Shown here: positions 38,783 to 47,605 of the stretch, in pieces
How positions within the stretch are numbered: position 1 is the stretch's first letter
Layout of the letters: each line of letters begins with the position of its first letter
Virus record (IMG/VR): IMGVR_UViG_3300042503_000209
Span: 44,134-108,133 of that record
DNA length: 64,000 nt
From: a virus
Strand: one strand, 5' to 3'
Notes under the pieces: model-generated
The model's input: only the letters and a program-made list of their open reading frames with translations
Databases searched by the model: none
What the model was told of the DNA's origin: nothing
Program-made: the position numbers and the translations under genes

Positions 38783-39676
38783 TTACAATCCCTCTGTTGA
38801 TTTAAACATATCGTAATACTTACTATACATAGCTTTACGATTTGTTTGCCATAACTTATACATTTCTGCAAAGTCAGGAGTGTTAACAATACTTAATGCA
38901 TTATTTCTTGCTGCTCTTAAACGCTGCTCTACTAGCTGAATTCTTTGAGAAACATCCTCCCCGTTCATGTATAAGTTTTCTAGAATACGCTGCTTCATAG
39001 CATATTCATAATACTCATTAATTACAGGATGATCTAATACCAATAAATTACCATCATCATCTTGTAATGCACCTTGATATGATATAAATAGTTTTCCTTC
39101 TTCTACATTACTATAAACAAAACCATTCTTAATATATCCGTTTTTACCACTATCGTTTAAAGCATCTATTCTTCCTGTAGAAGTAGAGATACTTATCTTT
39201 TCAAAGTTGTTGTAAGTCCTAGTTTCATACTTACGCTTTTCTACAACCTGTACATATATCTTCTCACCTGTCTTACACTCTACACTGTATGTTCTTTCAC
39301 AAAGACAAGTAGTGTCAACTTCTCCGCATTTATTACATACATTCTTACCATCTACAGTTTTGCAATGTCTAGGATCAAGTATAACATTCTCAGTATGACG
39401 ACCATGCATTACAGGATAAGTAGCTGTTACCTCTCCACACAAGTATGCATAGTTTAACACATAGAAATCATCAGGTAACTTAGCCTTATTCTTTTCTATG
39501 TCAATTATCTTTTCTTTAGTTCCATGAATTCTTAAACCTAAATCATAACTTACACGCTGAGCCACCTTAATAAGCTGACCAGCTTCAATCATGCCCTCAT
39601 TACTATACGTACTAAAATCCACCGAAACTTCATCAAGAAGTTGGTTAAAAGTTCTATATTGTAATTCAGTTTTCAT
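38783..39676 (-). CDS. Tail ring / tubular protein, 297 aa, with Cys-rich insertion
   Basis: IEKNKAKLPDDF...YIKNGFVYSNVEEGKLFISY...DDDGNLLVLD resembles crAss-like ring proteins. ATGA-coupled to the upstream gene. Confidence 0.65.
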   Translation of the reverse strand: MKTELQYRTFNQLLDEVSVDFSTYSNEGMIEAGQLIKVAQRVSYDLGLRIHGTKEKIIDIEKNKAKLPDDFYVLNYAYLCGEVTATYPVMHGRHTENVILDPRHCKTVDGKNVCNKCGEVDTTCLCERTYSVECKTGEKIYVQVVEKRKYETRTYNNFEKISISTSTGRIDALNDSGKNGYIKNGFVYSNVEEGKLFISYQGALQDDDGNLLVLDHPVINEYYEYAMKQRILENLYMNGEDVSQRIQLVEQRLRAARNNALSIVNTPDFAEMYKLWQTNRKAMYSKYYDMFKSTEGL

Positions 39677-40347
39677 CGTAATCCACTTTGTTTATCTTGA
39701 GCAGTATCTGAAGGAATTTGCATCATTCCCATAAGATCCTTAAATACGTTGTTCTCTATCTCACCAAATAAATAATCTGGTACATTAAACGGTTGATCTG
39801 TTTTTTGAACACAACTGTCATCTGCACAAGTAAACATAGAAATATCTTCTTCAAAGATTCCCTCTATACGTACAGCATCCCATTCTAAATTAGGAAAGTA
39901 TAAGTAGTCATTTAAATACCAAAAGTATTTTGACTTATTAAACTTAAAGTTTTTAGATTTAGTCATTGCCATGTAAGTACCTGGATTGGTTGAACTTACG
40001 CTTTGAGAACCATCAATAGATGTGGTAGCTCTAATTAGTGGACCATAAAAACCCTGCATAAAAATTGGCATCTTCTCTTTTGTACGTTTGATTTTACAAT
40101 CAGAAGTTAAGCCTGTGCAGCATGCCTCCACTTTATCCACTTCAATAAGTTCTACATAATCCATAGTTTGAACAACACCAGAATAACTAAGAAGTTGGTT
40201 CTTACCATCTTCACGTTTCATCAACCACTTAGCATGCTTTAATATAAAAGCATAGATAGCTCTGTCAGTCAAGAAAGCATCTTGTCTAACTGCTTTTATC
40301 TGTGTACGCATTCTAGAGATTACATCTCCTATAGTAGTTTTAGCCAT
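39673..40347 (-). CDS. Tail ring protein, 224 aa
   Basis: N-terminal helices, then VELIEVDKVEACC...KRTKEKMP...YFWYLNDYLY...VRIEGIFEE. The pattern and synteny fit crAss-like ring proteins. Confidence 0.65.
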   Translation of the reverse strand: MAKTTIGDVISRMRTQIKAVRQDAFLTDRAIYAFILKHAKWLMKREDGKNQLLSYSGVVQTMDYVELIEVDKVEACCTGLTSDCKIKRTKEKMPIFMQGFYGPLIRATTSIDGSQSVSSTNPGTYMAMTKSKNFKFNKSKYFWYLNDYLYFPNLEWDAVRIEGIFEEDISMFTCADDSCVQKTDQPFNVPDYLFGEIENNVFKDLMGMMQIPSDTAQDKQSGLR

Positions 40348-40349
40348 GG

Positions 40350-40934
40350 TTAATCCAGATTAAACTCATCATACTGTTCTAACAGTTGTTCCGTTTCATT
40401 TTTAATAAAGTCCTGAATTTTCTGCTTTCTAAAGATTCTACTCACTTTAATCATGTTATCAAGTAGTATATATCTTTTCCAGTTTTCAGGATATGTTTTA
40501 GCCACCGTTCTTTTAAAATCTCTTACACCAGTAAAAGACCACATCTCATTGTTTTTAAAACGATACTTAGTCTCATAGTTTGTGTACAAAATTTTAGCTA
40601 CGTAGTTATCACTTTCCCAGTTCTGAAACTGTACCTTAGAACCAAGTTCGTTAGATATCTTGTAGTTAGTATTGTGTCTTTTCTTTCGTGGGCAAGATCC
40701 AATAAATAAATTACCTAACTGTTCTGGTAGTTCTACACCATCACGTTCATTAATAGCTGTTTCCCAAAGTTTACCATTAAATGTGGATATTACTTCTTTA
40801 AACTTGTCTATGGTTAAAGAAGCGTTCTTTGGGTGCTCTTGTATGAACCTATTGTAAAACTCTACGTTTGTAAAGTTTAACTTCTTAGATCTATACCTAG
40901 GAGCATTGAGGTCAGGTCTTTTATATGTTTTCAC
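40350..40934 (-). CDS. HU/IHF-like DNA-binding protein, 194 aa (GTG start)
   Basis: FKEVISTFNGKLWETAINERDGVELPEQLGNLFI resembles the HU helix-strand core; the protein is basic. IHF-like genes precede ring genes in crAss-like phages. Confidence 0.6.
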   Translation of the reverse strand: MKTYKRPDLNAPRYRSKKLNFTNVEFYNRFIQEHPKNASLTIDKFKEVISTFNGKLWETAINERDGVELPEQLGNLFIGSCPRKKRHNTNYKISNELGSKVQFQNWESDNYVAKILYTNYETKYRFKNNEMWSFTGVRDFKRTVAKTYPENWKRYILLDNMIKVSRIFRKQKIQDFIKNETEQLLEQYDEFNLD

Positions 40935-40942
40935 TATTCCGC

Positions 40943-40999
40943 TACATTAATAATTTACGAAAAATCTACGAGGTTTCCTACTTAAACTTTCAGGGTTTA
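40943..40999 (-). promoter_or_regulatory. Putative phage promoter/operator, copy 2
   Basis: Minus strand TAAACCCTGAAAGTTTA-AGTAG-GAAACCTCGTAGATTTT-TC-GTAAATTATTAATGTA; matches 21758-21814. Confidence 0.65.
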
Positions 41000-42313
41000 A
41001 GCATTATGAGTAAACTCTGATATTTTACCTTTGGTCAAGTGGTGGATTTCCATAACTGCTTGACGCTTAGACCCCGTAAACTTGTTGTGATAATGCCAAT
41101 AATCTGACTTAGATAAAGAAGGAAGATGTTTAATTGAGAAGCCATGTACCTCATTATCTGTTACAAATTCTACTACTTTCTTAGTATGAAAGTGTCCAGT
41201 GTAACAAGTTCTAAAGCTAGTCATACCCCATTGTAAAGGGAACTCAGTAGCATAAACGAGAGGTGTGTTTTTCTTAGTTACGTCACCATGTTCAAATGCA
41301 AAGAAGTTCTCACCCCATGTGATAACCTTTCTTTCAGCGTAGTTGGCATTAAACGTAATAGAAATTTCTTGTGTAAAGCACTTAGATAGTGCATGTACTA
41401 AATGGTAGGAAGATAAACGGTCATGGTTACCAGGTAGGTAAACCACCTCTAGTTCTTTACAGAACTGCTTAATAAAGTTAATTGACCAGAACATTGCGTC
41501 AAAAGCCTCATCATAGGCATCCTGAGCTCTAAGGTCAGAGTCTACAGGTGTTCCCTTAGTAGTTAGTCCACTAAAGGTATCCATGTTAAGAAGGTCCCCT
41601 CCAATCACATATATGATCTTTTCGACCATATGAGCATGATAAGATCTTAGTACAAGACTCTTAATGCTTTCTTTAAAGTCATCTACTATAGATAGGTTAC
41701 CCTCTTTACCAAAATGGAGATCCTGTATAGACAAGATCCCCACCGTAGGCTGGTCAAAACTTTCATTTATAAAAACCTCTGCAACGGGTTTATATACAGG
41801 TTGAAATGACTTTAGCGTTTCAGCTAAAAAGTCTTTCGGCTCCAGTTGTTTCTGAGTGACCATAGCAGAAACCAACCAGTAATCTTTGTGTTGTTTATTC
41901 CAATAAGAACTAAGCTTCCACTTATCAGTGTCTATCTTAAGTATTCTAATAATTTCTTCTGGACTTTTAGGTTCAGCAAAGGCTATACCTTTTATTTCTG
42001 CTGTACCATCATCCAAGTTTTCTTTAAACTCTACCACCTTTTCTTTGTTTTGATTGATAGCTTCTACTAAACTATCTTCAAGTTGGGTGATATACTGTGA
42101 CTTAATTGCCTCATCATCAATGAGTTCTAACATTCTTTGTCCAGCAAAGTTTATTAGTTGTGTGTCCAGTTCGTCTTGTAAAAGACTCTTAGTTTGTAAA
42201 ATTTGTTTTTTGATTTCTTGGTATTTCTCTAAAGAAATCCCTAATTTTATGGCACAGAACTCATCTGTTTTTTTCCATTTGAAGGAGCCATACACCTGGT
42301 TGATTAGTGTCAT
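40997..42313 (-). CDS. Calcineurin-like metallophosphoesterase, 438 aa
   Basis: Complete motif set: QDLHFG, GGDLLN, PGNHD, EHGD, TGHFH. Confidence 0.88.
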   Translation of the reverse strand: MTLINQVYGSFKWKKTDEFCAIKLGISLEKYQEIKKQILQTKSLLQDELDTQLINFAGQRMLELIDDEAIKSQYITQLEDSLVEAINQNKEKVVEFKENLDDGTAEIKGIAFAEPKSPEEIIRILKIDTDKWKLSSYWNKQHKDYWLVSAMVTQKQLEPKDFLAETLKSFQPVYKPVAEVFINESFDQPTVGILSIQDLHFGKEGNLSIVDDFKESIKSLVLRSYHAHMVEKIIYVIGGDLLNMDTFSGLTTKGTPVDSDLRAQDAYDEAFDAMFWSINFIKQFCKELEVVYLPGNHDRLSSYHLVHALSKCFTQEISITFNANYAERKVITWGENFFAFEHGDVTKKNTPLVYATEFPLQWGMTSFRTCYTGHFHTKKVVEFVTDNEVHGFSIKHLPSLSKSDYWHYHNKFTGSKRQAVMEIHHLTKGKISEFTHNA

Positions 42314-42399
42314 ACGTTGTATTTTGGTATATGGTGTATAAAGCTAGACGTAATTTATCACTCTAATTATTTTTTATACACAACTTACTAACATTGGTT

Positions 42400-42434
42400 A
42401 AAAAGAAACCCCCGATGTAGAAACACCAGGGGTC
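42400..42434 (-). terminator. Rho-independent terminator
   Basis: Minus strand GACCCCTGGTGT-TTCT-ACATCGGGGGTT-TCTTTTT: a 12-bp stem with G-U pairs and a U tract, downstream of the FN3 cluster. Confidence 0.8.
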
Positions 42435-42480
42435 TTGTTTGCCAGATGGAAACCAACAAAACCACTGACTTTTTTATATT

Positions 42481-42708
42481 TTAAACTACTGTAGTAAAGC
42501 TCCTTGGTGATCCATAAGTTCCACCACCACAATTTGCTTCTACAGTACCAGTATACGATGATTCTGTTAATCCTGTAACTATTAATAAATTTGTAGGTGT
42601 AAGAGTTGTAGTTACGTCTGAAGGATTAGTAGTAGGCCAATACTTTACCCTATACCCCAACGAAGGAGTCGGTACTACTGCTGGAAAAGTTATATTTAAA
42701 GTTGGCAT
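42481..42708 (-). CDS. Single FN3-like domain protein, 75 aa
   Basis: LNITF...GYRVKYW...VTGL...YTGTVEANCGGG; paralogous to the N-terminus of the 372-aa protein. Confidence 0.7.
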   Translation of the reverse strand: MPTLNITFPAVVPTPSLGYRVKYWPTTNPSDVTTTLTPTNLLIVTGLTESSYTGTVEANCGGGTYGSPRSFTTVV

Positions 42709-42911
42709 TATGAATTAGTATTTATCCAGTTATCTGCTTCAATAAGATTATTAAAGAATGGACTAAGTGTATTATAATCTTTCATTACCACGTTTTTCAT
42801 ACCATCATATTCTTTATAAATAGTATAGTGGGAACCGTTAAGATCATATGAAGCATGGATTACATTATCCATTCCTAAATTATTTTCTACTATAGCTGTT
42901 AATTCTTTCAT
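42708..42911 (-). CDS. Hypothetical protein, 67 aa
   Basis: TAATG-coupled to both neighbours; no motif recognised. Confidence 0.6.
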   Translation of the reverse strand: MKELTAIVENNLGMDNVIHASYDLNGSHYTIYKEYDGMKNVVMKDYNTLSPFFNNLIEADNWINTNS

Positions 42912-44029
42912 TATACGACAGGTGTTGTTGTATCATTAGTATCTATGTTACCTACGTTTGTAGATCTGTTATATGTAATAACAGCTAAACGCTGACCTCT
43001 TGATATAGCCGCATTAACATTAGGACTTTCTAAATCAGAAGATCCTGTAGCCGTGCCGCCATTATTTCTAGCTGTAATAACTTTACTTGCAGATGTTCCT
43101 ACTAAAGTTGCTGTAGCTGTAGGGTTAGTATAACCAAATGCTGGACTACCTGGAGAAGGACCTTGCTTAATCATACATCCTCCTTTATAAAGAGTAAAAC
43201 TTATATTAACAGGATTAGTACCTAAAGTTACCCACCATAACGCACGACAATCAATTACTACCTCATTTTGACCAGCTCCAAGCTGTGTAAAGTCAATTAA
43301 TACAGTTTCAAAACCTTGAAGTTGATTATCTCCACCCCACATTGCTAATGGTTTAACAACCATATCACAAACATTACCACTGTTTATATACCCTGCAGAT
43401 TGCGGAGTTCTTAAGTACTGACCATAACCAATATGTTTACCTTGACCATTTTGATCAGCATAAGTTGTACCATCAATAGATACTATTCTTGTACGTGTAT
43501 CTAAGTCTGTACCATTAGTAAACTGATAAGTTACTACCATGTAATCAGCATCAAACGTAAAGTTTGTTTCACCAATTACAATGTTTTCTGTATTTACACA
43601 ACCCGTAATAGTATCTGTAACAGTAGCAATATATGTTTGACCACCAGTTAAACCAGTAGCAGTTATTGTTGTTTGTACAGGAGATGTATTCCAGCTATAT
43701 GTATATGAACCAGAACCGCCTACAATATTACTAATTGTAGCAGTACCATTAGTACCTTGCTGATTAGTTGGAGATGTAGAAGAAATATTAAATGTTACAT
43801 TACAAACAACGTCTGTAAAGTTTACTCTAGTAGAGTTACCAAAGCTACAAACTGACTCAATAGTACCAGTATAATCATATCCAGATAAATTACTTATAAC
43901 GGCAGGACTACTTGTAACAGTTGTAGTTAATACTGTTCCAGGTGTACTAGTTTCCCAATATCTAACTAGATATCCTCCAGACGGTGCTGGACTAGCTGCA
44001 GTAAAATTTATAGTTAATTGATTAGCCAT
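42911..44029 (-). CDS. FN3-like + SprB-like repeat adhesin/decoration protein, 372 aa
   Basis: N-terminal FN3-like domain, then NGTATISNIVGGSGSYTYSWNTSPVQTTITATGLTGGQTYIATVTD (SprB-type repeat), then a C-terminal beta domain. Confidence 0.7.
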   Translation of the reverse strand: MANQLTINFTAASPAPSGGYLVRYWETSTPGTVLTTTVTSSPAVISNLSGYDYTGTIESVCSFGNSTRVNFTDVVCNVTFNISSTSPTNQQGTNGTATISNIVGGSGSYTYSWNTSPVQTTITATGLTGGQTYIATVTDTITGCVNTENIVIGETNFTFDADYMVVTYQFTNGTDLDTRTRIVSIDGTTYADQNGQGKHIGYGQYLRTPQSAGYINSGNVCDMVVKPLAMWGGDNQLQGFETVLIDFTQLGAGQNEVVIDCRALWWVTLGTNPVNISFTLYKGGCMIKQGPSPGSPAFGYTNPTATATLVGTSASKVITARNNGGTATGSSDLESPNVNAAISRGQRLAVITYNRSTNVGNIDTNDTTTPVV

Positions 44030-44033
44030 CTAA

Positions 44034-44471
44034 TTATCCTAAACATTGATTTTTACGAGTGTAGCTACCACCACTAACTGATCCGTCAATGGCACATACT
44101 ATTTGTGGTGTTGATAAGCCTGTAGAATTAAATACTGTTACAGCTGTTGAACCACCGCATGGTGTATATGAGTATTCAGCATTATCAAGAAGTTCAAATT
44201 CGTAACAAACAGAACCACCAGTTCCTTGTACGCCAAATGTTTCGACTACTTCTAAACCTGAACCACAATCAACTAATAGTTTAACTTCTAAAGGATAACA
44301 AGCTGGTACTCCAGATATTACAATAGGGTTAGCTCTTTTATTAGGTTCTGTATACCAAACATCATCTCCTACAATTTTCCACTGAACAGTATATCCACTA
44401 TCAGGCATAATACTAGCTGTAGAATACTGAATAGTTAAAGTCTTTAATACATTACAAGGTGCTACTGGCAT
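44034..44471 (-). CDS. Cys-rich FN3-like protein, 145 aa
   Basis: LTIQY...GYTVQWK...ISGVP...LLVDCGSG plus a small Cys-rich C-terminal domain. Confidence 0.65.
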   Translation of the reverse strand: MPVAPCNVLKTLTIQYSTASIMPDSGYTVQWKIVGDDVWYTEPNKRANPIVISGVPACYPLEVKLLVDCGSGLEVVETFGVQGTGGSVCYEFELLDNAEYSYTPCGGSTAVTVFNSTGLSTPQIVCAIDGSVSGGSYTRKNQCLG

Positions 44472-44482
44472 ATGGTTATTTA

Positions 44483-45139
44483 TTATAGAATTGTACCTGT
44501 ACCACTCACTTTAACTGGTGAGCCGACAAATGCTCTAAATATTCTTGGTGTTCCTTGAACTACTGTAATTGTAAATATTTGATGATCAGTTCCTGTTGCA
44601 GTAATAACTGTAGCACCACCAGACAATGCTGTAGTCGGTGCAGCAGAAACTACAAAAGCTGTAGCATTAGTAACAGAAACAACTGTAGTGTTTGCAGGAA
44701 AAGCTCCAACACCAGCAGTAACTTCAACAGTCATGCCAGCAACAAGACCTGTAGTTGAACCTACAACAATAGTTGTAGTAGATCCGGTTGCTCCAGCAGC
44801 TGATGTATAAATTGGACCTAAACCTAAATATCTTACTACCATTGGTGTAGTAGTAGTTGAAGTAGCTGTATAATTGATTCTAGCAATTGGAGTAACTAAT
44901 AATGAATTAACAACTTTATGTAACTTAGTCAATACAGTTGTCAATCTATCACCATCTAAAATAGATAATGCAGGTAAATTTGAACCAATAAACTTGGTGC
45001 AATCAGCTACAATAAGTTCATCACAAACTTCTCCACCAACACATGGTGTCAAATTAATTGCGTTAGTAGGTTGGCAATCTGCACAACCATCGTTGCAGTT
45101 ACCTAATGGTAGGGGAGTATCGTTACAACCGCATGACAT
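44483..45139 (-). CDS. Cys-rich virion structural/decoration protein, 218 aa
   Basis: N-terminal Cys cluster. DCTKFIGSNLPALSILDGDRLTTVL parallels NCVIWQGPDLSCINLCNGDTISSVV of the 411-aa protein. Also a VGSTTGLVAGMTV beta module. Confidence 0.6.
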   Translation of the reverse strand: MSCGCNDTPLPLGNCNDGCADCQPTNAINLTPCVGGEVCDELIVADCTKFIGSNLPALSILDGDRLTTVLTKLHKVVNSLLVTPIARINYTATSTTTTPMVVRYLGLGPIYTSAAGATGSTTTIVVGSTTGLVAGMTVEVTAGVGAFPANTTVVSVTNATAFVVSAAPTTALSGGATVITATGTDHQIFTITVVQGTPRIFRAFVGSPVKVSGTGTIL

Positions 45140-45164
45140 AGTCTTATATTATTAAAAGTTTATA

Positions 45165-45719
45165 TTATGGTTGAGCTGTTAATTCAGCAGTTACGTTTGT
45201 AGGAGCGTTACATACAGGAGGAGCAGATGTCACACCAGTTGTAAACGCACAATCAGTTTTAGTAAATGTTCCTGCTGTAGGAATCACTCTAAGTTTATAA
45301 GTTGTACTAGCAGTTAAACTACTAAAAGTTCCTGTAAGAGTTGTAGTTCCTGTAGGAGTTTGTGAAGCTAGTTCTGAGTTACCTGTTGAGTCAAATAACT
45401 TAACAGAATAAGTTGTCACTGATCCACCAATCTCTGGAAAACTATAAGACAAACTTGTAGAAGCTGGTGTTATAGTAACCGTTGGACAAATTATATTAAT
45501 CTTTTGTACAGTAGGACTTACTGTAGATGTTCCACCATTACAAGCAGTAGTGATTCTAAAATCATAAATTAAATTATCACTAAGTCCAGTAACATTCACC
45601 GTAGCAGTTGTACCCGACACAGTACTAAAAGTAGTCCATGAAGTAGTTGTTGCAAGTTTATATTGCACACTCTGAGATGTAGACCCTACGCCAGGTGTCC
45701 AGGCTAATGTTACGTTCAT
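45165..45719 (-). CDS. Tandem fibronectin type III protein, 184 aa
   Basis: VTLAWTP...VQYK...VTGLSDNLIYDFRI and FSSLTASTTYKLRV are FN3 signatures. Confidence 0.85.
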   Translation of the reverse strand: MNVTLAWTPGVGSTSQSVQYKLATTTSWTTFSTVSGTTATVNVTGLSDNLIYDFRITTACNGGTSTVSPTVQKINIICPTVTITPASTSLSYSFPEIGGSVTTYSVKLFDSTGNSELASQTPTGTTTLTGTFSSLTASTTYKLRVIPTAGTFTKTDCAFTTGVTSAPPVCNAPTNVTAELTAQP

Positions 45720-45720
45720 A

Positions 45721-46956
45721 CTATGTTAGTGTTGCAGTTACTGATGAAATAATTGGACAAGGTACAGCAACTGTAAATGTAGCTGTCTTAGAACAACTGT
45801 TACCGTTCTTAGTAAGACATCCTTCTACAGTAATTGTATATGCTTGTGAAGTATTAAGTGCAGCTCCAGAAACAGTGTATGTAATACCATCAGTATCTGT
45901 AACAGCTGTTACAAGATTTACAAAATCAGTATATGTTTTACCTGAAGCATCTTTAATAGTGATTTTAGATCCTTGAGCTGTACAGTTAGTAAATCCAGAA
46001 GGAATTACAGTACCACCACCATTAAAAAATACAGTAACTTGAGTACGGTCTTGATTAGTTGCTGCACTAAATCCAAGAAGAAATGCAGAACAATCTGTAG
46101 CACCAACTGAAGTTTTAAGATCAAAAATTGTTTGACGCATATCACATAATACAACCCAAAGGTTTTGAACTGCAGAAGCAACTGTAGTAGAAGCAGCGTT
46201 CCATCCAGGTAGGCTACTAATAGTTCCTGTAGTACTTAAAGCACTAGATGCTCCAAGTCCTTGACACTGCTGAGCAATAGCTGTTGTTAACGCAGTGTTT
46301 GTTCCTAATACACCTCTTAATGTACAATACTGAGCTTCTAGTTCATCAAGAACTAAATTCATAGCTGTAGGTGTACCAGGAGTTAAAATACAATTAGGAG
46401 TTACTAAAGGAAGAGTTGTTGTAGGTCTATTTTCTAAAGCAGTAATTCTAGTATTATGAGAAGCAATAGTAGTAGCATGACTATCTACGGTAGCTTTTAA
46501 AGTACAAAACTGATTACCAAGTCTTAAAGTGTATTGATTATGAATCAAACTAGTAACAGGTTGACCTGTTGTTGGATCATTATATTGTAAACAAGTAGGT
46601 AAAGCTATATTAGGTTCTGTAAAAGAAGAACCACCACCACTAGGTAAAGCATCTACTTTTGCATTAAGACAACATACTTTATCAATAATGAAATCCAATA
46701 CTGCTGACAGGGTCTTAGTAGTTGGAGCAGGATTTACGGACGAGCAAAAAGATACGAGACATGCTAGGTCCAGATTAGTTAAATCTAAAGATGTCTTAAT
46801 CGTACAAAGGTCCGTTGCTACCTTGTATACTACACTCGATATAGTGTCACCGTTGCAGAGGTTAATACATGACAAGTCTGGACCTTGCCATATGACACAG
46901 TTTGAAGATACTGGGGAACAGCCCTGATCAGCAGTATTAGATTTCGTAGGTAACAT
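45721..46956 (-). CDS. Cys-rich segmented coiled-coil fibre/anchor protein, 411 aa
   Basis: 20 Cys; repeated amphipathic helices ending in Cys; HNTRITALE coiled coil; C-terminal Ig/FN3-like domain. Confidence 0.6.
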   Translation of the reverse strand: MLPTKSNTADQGCSPVSSNCVIWQGPDLSCINLCNGDTISSVVYKVATDLCTIKTSLDLTNLDLACLVSFCSSVNPAPTTKTLSAVLDFIIDKVCCLNAKVDALPSGGGSSFTEPNIALPTCLQYNDPTTGQPVTSLIHNQYTLRLGNQFCTLKATVDSHATTIASHNTRITALENRPTTTLPLVTPNCILTPGTPTAMNLVLDELEAQYCTLRGVLGTNTALTTAIAQQCQGLGASSALSTTGTISSLPGWNAASTTVASAVQNLWVVLCDMRQTIFDLKTSVGATDCSAFLLGFSAATNQDRTQVTVFFNGGGTVIPSGFTNCTAQGSKITIKDASGKTYTDFVNLVTAVTDTDGITYTVSGAALNTSQAYTITVEGCLTKNGNSCSKTATFTVAVPCPIISSVTATLT

Positions 46957-46980
46957 AATGTATTGGATATCAAAGAGTTA

Positions 46981-47487
46981 TTAACAATCAACCACGTTGG
47001 CTGCACCAAACAGACCTTCTAGTTTCATTTTTAAATGACCGTAACCAAACTCAAATACATCTACACCTTCAGCAGAAGTTAGATCAGGAACAGTCTTAGT
47101 GATTGTTTCTTCTACATCTTGCTCTTGCATTTCTGTACGAGTTCTAGTAACCGTATTAGTTGTAGGATTACCGTCAGAATCCAAAGGACCAGCAACTTCT
47201 TCTTCAAACTCTACTTGTACAGGAACCATACGCTTTACCGTAATGGTTTCTTCTACTTGTTTAGTTAAAGCTACATACAAACTCTCACCAATTTGTTGGT
47301 TACGAGCTACACCGCCACCCATTCCTGGGTAAGAAGTAGGAGGTGTTGCATCCTCTTGACTTTGGAAAAGTTCAATTCTGAAGTTAGCAGACCCATATTT
47401 AGAGATCTGATAATCAGCAATTCTTACATAAGCCTCAGATGTAATACCTTTATCGGTTCCAATCTGGGTAGTAATTTTAAGTGCCAT
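46981..47487 (-). CDS. Putative tail-fibre assembly/accessory protein, 168 aa
   Basis: AYVRI...IELF...YGHLK...VVDC pattern of small fibre-associated proteins; adjacent to the fibre genes. Confidence 0.5.
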   Translation of the reverse strand: MALKITTQIGTDKGITSEAYVRIADYQISKYGSANFRIELFQSQEDATPPTSYPGMGGGVARNQQIGESLYVALTKQVEETITVKRMVPVQVEFEEEVAGPLDSDGNPTTNTVTRTRTEMQEQDVEETITKTVPDLTSAEGVDVFEFGYGHLKMKLEGLFGAANVVDC

Positions 47488-47514
47488 ATTATTTATGTTT
47501 AGATTTTAAGTAGT

Positions 47515-47530
47515 CTACAATATAATATAC
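47515..47530 (-). promoter_or_regulatory. Putative phage promoter core, copy 3 (no upstream palindromes)
   Basis: Minus strand GTATATTATATTGTA, just downstream of a terminator; matches the core box at 21758-21773. Confidence 0.5.
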
Positions 47531-47550
47531 ATTATTTTTGTGGAAATAAC

Positions 47551-47578
47551 AAAAAAAACCACCCCAGATGGGATGGTC
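47551..47578 (-). terminator. Rho-independent terminator
   Basis: Minus strand GACCATCCC-ATCT-GGGGTGGTT-TTTTTT, downstream of the 170-aa gene. Confidence 0.82.
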
Positions 47579-47605
47579 TTTTCTATATATAAAGAGGGGC
47601 AGGAG

